A DNA stretch of 64,000 nt from Omnitrophica bacterium RIFCSPHIGHO2_02_FULL_51_18 (GTDB lineage Bacteria; Omnitrophota; Gorgyraeia; 2-02-FULL-51-18): positions 94,785-158,784 of the forward strand of contig MHFI01000036.1 in the NCBI GenBank assembly GCA_001804125.1, in the 5' to 3' direction. Within the stretch, counting starts at the first letter, position 1. The number at the start of each line of letters is the position of its first letter. The notes beneath the pieces are model-generated. The model was not told the DNA's origin. It worked only from the letters and a program-made list of their open reading frames with translations, and searched no databases. Of this stretch, positions 59,467-64,000 are shown in pieces. A program made the position numbers and the translations under genes.

Positions 59467-60504
59467 TTAGAAACCGTCCGTTTCCTCAAACCCGCACATA
59501 ATGTTCATGTTCTGAACCGCCTGGCCCGCCGCGCCCTTATCCAGATTGTCAATCGCGGTCACAATCACCGCCAAAGCTTTGCGCTCATCCACCCGCAAGC
59601 CGATGTCGCAGAAATTGGTGTAAGCGACGTTCCGGATCTCGGGCAAAAGCCCCGTGTCATACACTTTCACGAACGGTTCTTCCGCGTAAAATTTCTGATA
59701 AACCCTGATTAAACCCTCCGTGCTTATTTTTTTCTTAAGGTTCACGTAAATGGTGCTTAAGATTCCCCTGTTCAGAGGCAAAAGGTGCGGCACAAACACC
59801 ACGGACACCTCTTTTTTGGCGGCTTTTGACAGTTCCTGGTCTATCTCGGGAACATGCGGATGATCAAAAAGCTTGTAGGCCTTGAACGACTCGTTGACTT
59901 CCGAAAAACCCAGTGCCTTGTCCGCCTTCCGCCCGGCCCCCGTCACCCCGCTTTTGGCATCGATACGAATGGAAGCCGGTTCAAACAAACCCTGTTTCAC
60001 GCCCGGCAAAAGGCCCAAGATAGCGCCGGTCGGATAGCAGCCGGGATTGGCCACGAGGTGCGCCGATTTTATTTTCTCGCGGTTCGTTTCCGGCAGGCCG
60101 TAAACCGCCTGCTTTAGATTGTGTGCGTCTTTATGCGGCACCTTGTAGAATTTTTCATAAATCCGCTCGTCCCTCAGCCGGTAATCGGCGCTCACGTCGA
60201 TCACCTTTTTCCCGGCGTCCAAAAACTGGGGAACGTATTGCATGGACACGGTGTGCGGCAATGACAGAAAAATAAGGTCGCTTTTTTCGACGGCCTGATC
60301 CACGGACAAGGGCCGGCACTCAAGATCCAATTTGCCCCTTAAATAGGGAAAAATTTCCTGGATTTTGACCTCCCGGTCTTCTTTGCCGGAGACATAGGAA
60401 ATCCTGGCACGCGGGTGCCGGACCAAGACCCGGACCAGCTCTTCACCCGTGTAACCGGTGGCACCCGCCACCGCGACATTTATTTTTTTAGCCGTTGTTT
60501 TCAT
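59467..60504 (-). CDS. argC: N-acetyl-gamma-glutamyl-phosphate reductase
   Basis: It contains INVAVAGATGYTGEELVR and a catalytic Cys in NPGCYPTG. The start is re-called to the ATG at 60504 (MKTTAKKINV...). The track's TTG at 60552 is the promoter -35. Confidence 0.9.
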   Translation of the reverse strand: MKTTAKKINVAVAGATGYTGEELVRVLVRHPRARISYVSGKEDREVKIQEIFPYLRGKLDLECRPLSVDQAVEKSDLIFLSLPHTVSMQYVPQFLDAGKKVIDVSADYRLRDERIYEKFYKVPHKDAHNLKQAVYGLPETNREKIKSAHLVANPGCYPTGAILGLLPGVKQGLFEPASIRIDAKSGVTGAGRKADKALGFSEVNESFKAYKLFDHPHVPEIDQELSKAAKKEVSVVFVPHLLPLNRGILSTIYVNLKKKISTEGLIRVYQKFYAEEPFVKVYDTGLLPEIRNVAYTNFCDIGLRVDERKALAVIVTAIDNLDKGAAGQAVQNMNIMCGFEETDGF

Positions 60505-60523
60505 AGAAAAAATAAGAACGCCT

Positions 60524-60552
60524 ATTATAGAGCGGTTTCGTCCGTATGTCAA
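60524..60552 (-). promoter_or_regulatory. consensus sigma70 promoter of the arg operon
   Basis: Minus strand: TTGACA, an exact 17 nt spacer, then TATAAT. The predicted TSS is about 13 nt before the argC ATG, with no SD in the pyrimidine-rich leader. Confidence 0.5.
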
Positions 60553-60560
60553 AATTGTTA

Positions 60561-60645
60561 CTCCGCCGAAGCGTAACCCTCCTTCGCCAAGGCTTCGGAG
60601 GGTTATCCGCCTTTATGCATTAATTTCGCGAAGGCGGATAAAAAA
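60561..60645. repeat. family-F GC-rich hairpin cluster (CTTCGGAGG / CCGCC...AAGGCGGATAAAA)
   Basis: TAACCCTCC...GGAGGGTTA and CCGCCTT...AAGGCGG hairpins. The 3' part resembles TTCGGCGAAGGCGGATAAAAC at 63312-63332. Confidence 0.55.
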
Positions 60646-60670
60646 TAAAGCCGAGCGTAAGGCTCGGCTT
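60636..60670 (-). terminator. Rho-independent terminator of rplM-rpsI
   Basis: Minus strand: AAGCCGAGC-CTTAC-GCTCGGCTT followed by TATTTTTTAT, 55-85 nt after the rpsI stop. Confidence 0.6.
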
Positions 60671-60723
60671 CTCAAGGAGTTATGATAATTTTATTTATTC
60701 GACTAAATCGGGCTTTAACCTCA

Positions 60724-61140
60724 CTATCTCTTTGAGAACTGGAATCTCCGCCGAGCGCCTTTTCTCCCGTACTTCTTTCGTTCCTTCATGCGGGAATCGC
60801 GCGTCAAGTAGTCACCGCGGCGAAGCAGAGGCTTGAGTGTGGCATCGAACGTGCAAAGCGCCCTCGAGATGGCATGACGGACTGCGCCGGCCTGGCCGGC
60901 AAGACCGCCGCCGCGGACGTTCGCGATCACATCCACTTTTCCGACAAGATTCACGGCTTCCAAAGGCTGTTTGACAATCATCTGAAGCGTCGGCCGGCCG
61001 AAATACTCGGCAAGGCCTCTTCTGTTGACTTCGATGGTGCCGGTTCCTTTGTAGAGCTGAATCCGCGCAGTCGCTTCTTTGCGGCGGCCCGTGGCAAATT
61101 CTTTGTGAGAAGGCGCTTTAAGCAAATTTTTTGCGGCCAT
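60724..61140 (-). CDS. rpsI: 30S ribosomal protein S9
   Basis: 138 aa. It contains GGGLAGQAGAVRHAISRAL and ends KKYGRKGARRRFQFSKR. Confidence 0.95.
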   Translation of the reverse strand: MAAKNLLKAPSHKEFATGRRKEATARIQLYKGTGTIEVNRRGLAEYFGRPTLQMIVKQPLEAVNLVGKVDVIANVRGGGLAGQAGAVRHAISRALCTFDATLKPLLRRGDYLTRDSRMKERKKYGRKGARRRFQFSKR

Positions 61141-61583
61141 TATTTAAGTTCCTTTACTGAACAAAGTTTGGGTTTTTGGGCCTGGTGGGGGTGCTCACTC
61201 CCCGCGTAGATCAAGAGCCGCGTAATCATGCGCTTGCCAAGGCGGGACTTCGGAAGCATACCTTTGACAGCGTGTTTCAGCGCGTAAGTCGGGTCTTTTT
61301 TCATGATTTTCTCGAATGTCACCTCGCGCTGGCCGCTCGGATAGCCGGAATAAAATTTGTAGATTTTTGCCTCAGCCTTATTTCCCGTCACGACCACTTC
61401 AGAGGCATTGATCACAATGACGCCATCACCGGTCTCAACATGCGGCGTGTAGTCCGTCTTGGCCCGGCCGGACAAAATCCTCGAGATCTTGGCGGCCAAA
61501 CGCCCCACCACCTGGCCGCGCGCGTCAATCACCTGCCATTGCTTCTCTTTCACATCGTTCTTTTTCACAAAAAAAGTGGGCAT
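61140..61583 (-). CDS. rplM: 50S ribosomal protein L13
   Basis: L13 fold (KQWQVIDARGQVVGRLAAKIS). The start is re-called to the ATG at 61583 behind GAGGGT. The track's TTG at 61637 is the promoter -35. Confidence 0.9.
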   Translation of the reverse strand: MPTFFVKKNDVKEKQWQVIDARGQVVGRLAAKISRILSGRAKTDYTPHVETGDGVIVINASEVVVTGNKAEAKIYKFYSGYPSGQREVTFEKIMKKDPTYALKHAVKGMLPKSRLGKRMITRLLIYAGSEHPHQAQKPKLCSVKELK

Positions 61584-61608
61584 AACTACCCTCACAAAAA
61601 GAGGTTGT

Positions 61609-61637
61609 AAAGTATCACCGGAAACGGTGATTGTCAA
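61609..61637 (-). promoter_or_regulatory. putative promoter of rplM-rpsI
   Basis: Minus strand: TTGACA, a 17 nt spacer (containing the palindrome TCACCG-TTTC-CGGTGA), then TACTTT. The leader is 25 nt with SD GAGGGT. Confidence 0.35.
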
Positions 61638-62004
61638 GAGAATTAGTCCTAAAGACCTTCTACGATATCAAAACCAGAGGCGGGTGAACATGGGTAGGCC
61701 GGTGTTTGATGGGCAATCAGTATCACCATCGCAATAGTGATTAAAAACACCGCGCTAAGTTTCATGGTTAAGCTTAACATCTCATCCTCCCTAATAAAGT
61801 CGCCCTCTTTCCATTCCCTCATTAATTAAAACGTACCAATTGATAAAACATTACGTCTTTAAACGTTACAGTTAATCGTATAATATGTAGCTTAACATTA
61901 TGTAATTAAAGGAGATAAGTAATAACTATTCATATAAATTGTAAATTATTGAATTACTCTGTATACTTTAAATGGAACATTTATAAACAGTTTCTAAAAT
62001 TGCT

Positions 62005-63069
62005 ATGCGAAAATCATTGAATATACCGATCCTAGTGTTGGCGATGGCCATTACAGAAGCATTTCATCTTGGCCTTACTGCCTACGCCGTGCAAGTGCAA
62101 ACCTATGAGTCTGAGCAGCCAAGTGGTTCATCAATAACCAGGACCACCTCCTCACAACAAGAAGTAAGCTCGCTGGTCGCGGCAAGGCAAGCTATTGAGG
62201 ACATGCAGTCAACTAACCCCGAAGCTGAATCCACCCAAGGTATCACCCGATTTGATTTTTCCGATCCTTCGACAGGAGGAACAGGCATCGTTATATATAT
62301 TGGCAGTCCCAGCACTCTTATCATAGAGAGCCCCATCGACCCACAAGAAACACCTCGACAGACTGCCATATCCGTTATGGAAAGTGATTTTGTGCCGACC
62401 GACTCTGCTGGTCCGATCCCTTCCGTGTTTGACCCGGTCTCCACCCTGTCGCCGGCAAAAAAAGGTTTTTTAAGGCTCAATCTAAACGCGTTGGACCGTT
62501 TACTCCTCGGACCTTCCCAGGGAAGATTTGTTATTCAAATCCGCAAACAGCTCGACCCCAAAGATTATTACTCGCTTCTATCGTCATTTGAACAATATTC
62601 AAAAAAGGACAATCAGCGCAATTCCTCTCCGTCGGCGAATGATCAGGGATTCGATATCATGCAGCTTCGCCAAGTCATGAATGAATTCAAGGAATCCCAA
62701 AAAGAAGTGTTTGAAACCTATGTCGGGGAAACCATGACTGAGACGACAAATCCCAGGGACGGTGAGGCCGCGAGCGGTGCCAAGATGGACGAAAACCAGG
62801 CGCCCGAAGACGCTGAAAAGACTGAGGATGACCCGGAGACAAAATTCCAGGAACGGTTTCTCAAAAGAAAAGAAGCATTTGAGCCCGCTTCTCTAACGTC
62901 CGACGCATCGGACCCGAAGCATAACGCGCGTCAAAAGCTCATTTCGTCTCTGGAGGAATGCTACACCCGCCTGAACAACGCGCTTCAGACTATGTTCCCC
63001 GGCGAAACTGTAATGATAACGAAAAACGCCTCAACAGAGATTGTGATCTTCCTGCCGGCTGGAAATTGA
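62005..63069 (+). CDS. hypothetical secreted low-complexity protein in an AT-rich island
   Basis: 354 aa. It has a signal peptide (MRKSLNIPILVLAMAITEAF) followed by Ser/Thr/Pro/Glu-rich sequence. Its GC is well below the window average, and it is preceded by about 350 nt of roughly 30% GC DNA. Confidence 0.5.
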   Translation: MRKSLNIPILVLAMAITEAFHLGLTAYAVQVQTYESEQPSGSSITRTTSSQQEVSSLVAARQAIEDMQSTNPEAESTQGITRFDFSDPSTGGTGIVIYIGSPSTLIIESPIDPQETPRQTAISVMESDFVPTDSAGPIPSVFDPVSTLSPAKKGFLRLNLNALDRLLLGPSQGRFVIQIRKQLDPKDYYSLLSSFEQYSKKDNQRNSSPSANDQGFDIMQLRQVMNEFKESQKEVFETYVGETMTETTNPRDGEAASGAKMDENQAPEDAEKTEDDPETKFQERFLKRKEAFEPASLTSDASDPKHNARQKLISSLEECYTRLNNALQTMFPGETVMITKNASTEIVIFLPAGN

Positions 63070-63159
63070 TCGGATAAATCGTTACAAAATCCTTCCTATC
63101 CCTCCTATCCTTTTATCTTGTAAATTGCGCGGCGTTAAGCGCATAATTAAACGTAAATG

Positions 63160-63335
63160 GAGCCCCCCGCGCAAGCGCGGGGTACCTCTCGATTCTCCTT
63201 CGCTCGCCTGCGGCGAGCTTCGGAGGAATCCGTCCTTCGCCGAGTGTTGGGGGCGGAATCCGCCGAAGCCGCTTGAGAAAGCGCCTTCGTCCCCGCCCAC
63301 GGACGGGGTATTCGGCGAAGGCGGATAAAACAGTG
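63160..63335. repeat. family-F GC-rich hairpin cluster, second locus
   Basis: CCCCGCGC-AA-GCGCGGGG, GCTCGCC-TGC-GGCGAGC, CTTCGGAGGAATCCG...CGGAATCCGCCGAAG, and ...TTCGGCGAAGGCGGATAAAAC. Confidence 0.55.
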
Positions 63336-63366
63336 TAATGTTTCTCATTCTCACACGTTTTCATAT

Positions 63367-63963
63367 ATGGACATACAAAAACCGCTTTTTAAAACGAACG
63401 AAGCATTGATTGAGGAAGTAAAGCTTGGCTCGAGAACAAGCTTTGAGGTTCTTTATGAAAGACATAAGCACTCTATTTTCAATTACTTATACCGCCTTTT
63501 GGGGAGAAAGGAACTGGCTGAAGATTGTACGCAGGAAGTGTTCATCCGTGTCTATGAAAAGGCAAAACTGTATTCTCCTACATCCAAATTTTCAAGCTGG
63601 TTATATAAGATGGCTAAAAACTCGGCGTTAGATGCTCTCAGAAAAAATAAGGTCCGAAAAGCGGCCTCGCTGGACGACCCCATCGAAAGCGAGGAAGGAA
63701 GCGCCGTTTTAAGCGACTTTGTCGAAAGCCGTGAAAAAGACCCGAGAAGCATTTCCGCATCTTCCGAGTTGGCAGATTGGGTCAGGTGCGGAATCGCAAA
63801 ATTGCCGGAGACGGATCGGCAGATCCTCATCTTGTGCGATATCCAGCAGTTATCGCACAAGGAAGTGGGTGAAATCCTCGGCTATTCGGCGGAAACCGTC
63901 ACGGTTAAGCTATACCGAGCCAGACAAAGGCTCGGAGAAATCTTAAAGATTGAAGGGGATTAA
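63367..63963 (+). CDS. RNA polymerase sigma factor, ECF (sigma-70 family)
   Basis: 198 aa. It has region 2 (YNYLYRLLGRKELAEDCTQEVFIRVY) and region 4 (LPETDRQILILCDIQQLSHKEVGEILGYSAETV). Confidence 0.85.
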   Translation: MDIQKPLFKTNEALIEEVKLGSRTSFEVLYERHKHSIFNYLYRLLGRKELAEDCTQEVFIRVYEKAKLYSPTSKFSSWLYKMAKNSALDALRKNKVRKAASLDDPIESEEGSAVLSDFVESREKDPRSISASSELADWVRCGIAKLPETDRQILILCDIQQLSHKEVGEILGYSAETVTVKLYRARQRLGEILKIEGD

Positions 63964-64000
63964 AACCCAATGAATGATCCAAAATCATACGAAAATATCG

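Overview
This 64 kb window is high-GC (about 57%), gene-dense, and almost entirely minus-strand. It is bacterial housekeeping DNA from an unidentified organism. Reading along the minus strand (high to low coordinates), the gene order is as follows. rplM-rpsI. argC-argJ-argB-argD-argF-argG-argH, followed by lysA-dapF-dapA-dapB-(DapL-like aminotransferase)-folK-panC-panD-nadX. An ECF sigma factor with a zinc-ribbon membrane protein, tRNA-Pro(CGG), and a three-gene type IV pilin / PilX-like module. Then nudix, ogt, acyP, ligA, a lipoprotein, xerD, rbfA, truB, ribF, rpsO, pnp, dut, ftsK, rodZ-like, rimO, pgsA (with cinA on the plus strand), a secreted protein, recA-recX-alaS, a fused hisDBHAFI-trpEGDCFBA array with overlapping start and stop codons, a sugar nucleotidyltransferase, ruvX, an M16 peptidase, an M50 peptidase fragment, rpe, a PGM/PMM, lepA and partial lepB. 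No CRISPR array, rRNA, transposase or obvious defence system is present. What is unusual is the non-coding layer. (1) A superfamily of nested-hairpin intergenic repeats with GTCATyCnGAG...CTCrGrATGAC termini sits between genes inside the arg, his and translation-factor operons. (2) Three hairpins with a pyrimidine-rich anti-SD-like arm (CCCCACCACC... / ...GGTGGTGGGG) overlap the stop of one gene and the ribosome-binding site or GTG start of the next (ftsK, rodZ, argF). (3) Several MITE-like palindromic elements are present, one inside the his operon and two filling the acyP-ogt spacer. (4) GC-rich hairpin clusters sharing CGAAGGCGGATAAAA flank the rplM-rpsI unit. There are also low-GC patches: the alaS 3' end, an M50 protease remnant, and an AT-rich island with a secreted low-complexity protein. 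Gene coordinates follow the ORF track, with starts re-called where the longest-ORF call is clearly N-terminally extended. Repeat coordinates are read by eye and are approximate to about 3 nt.
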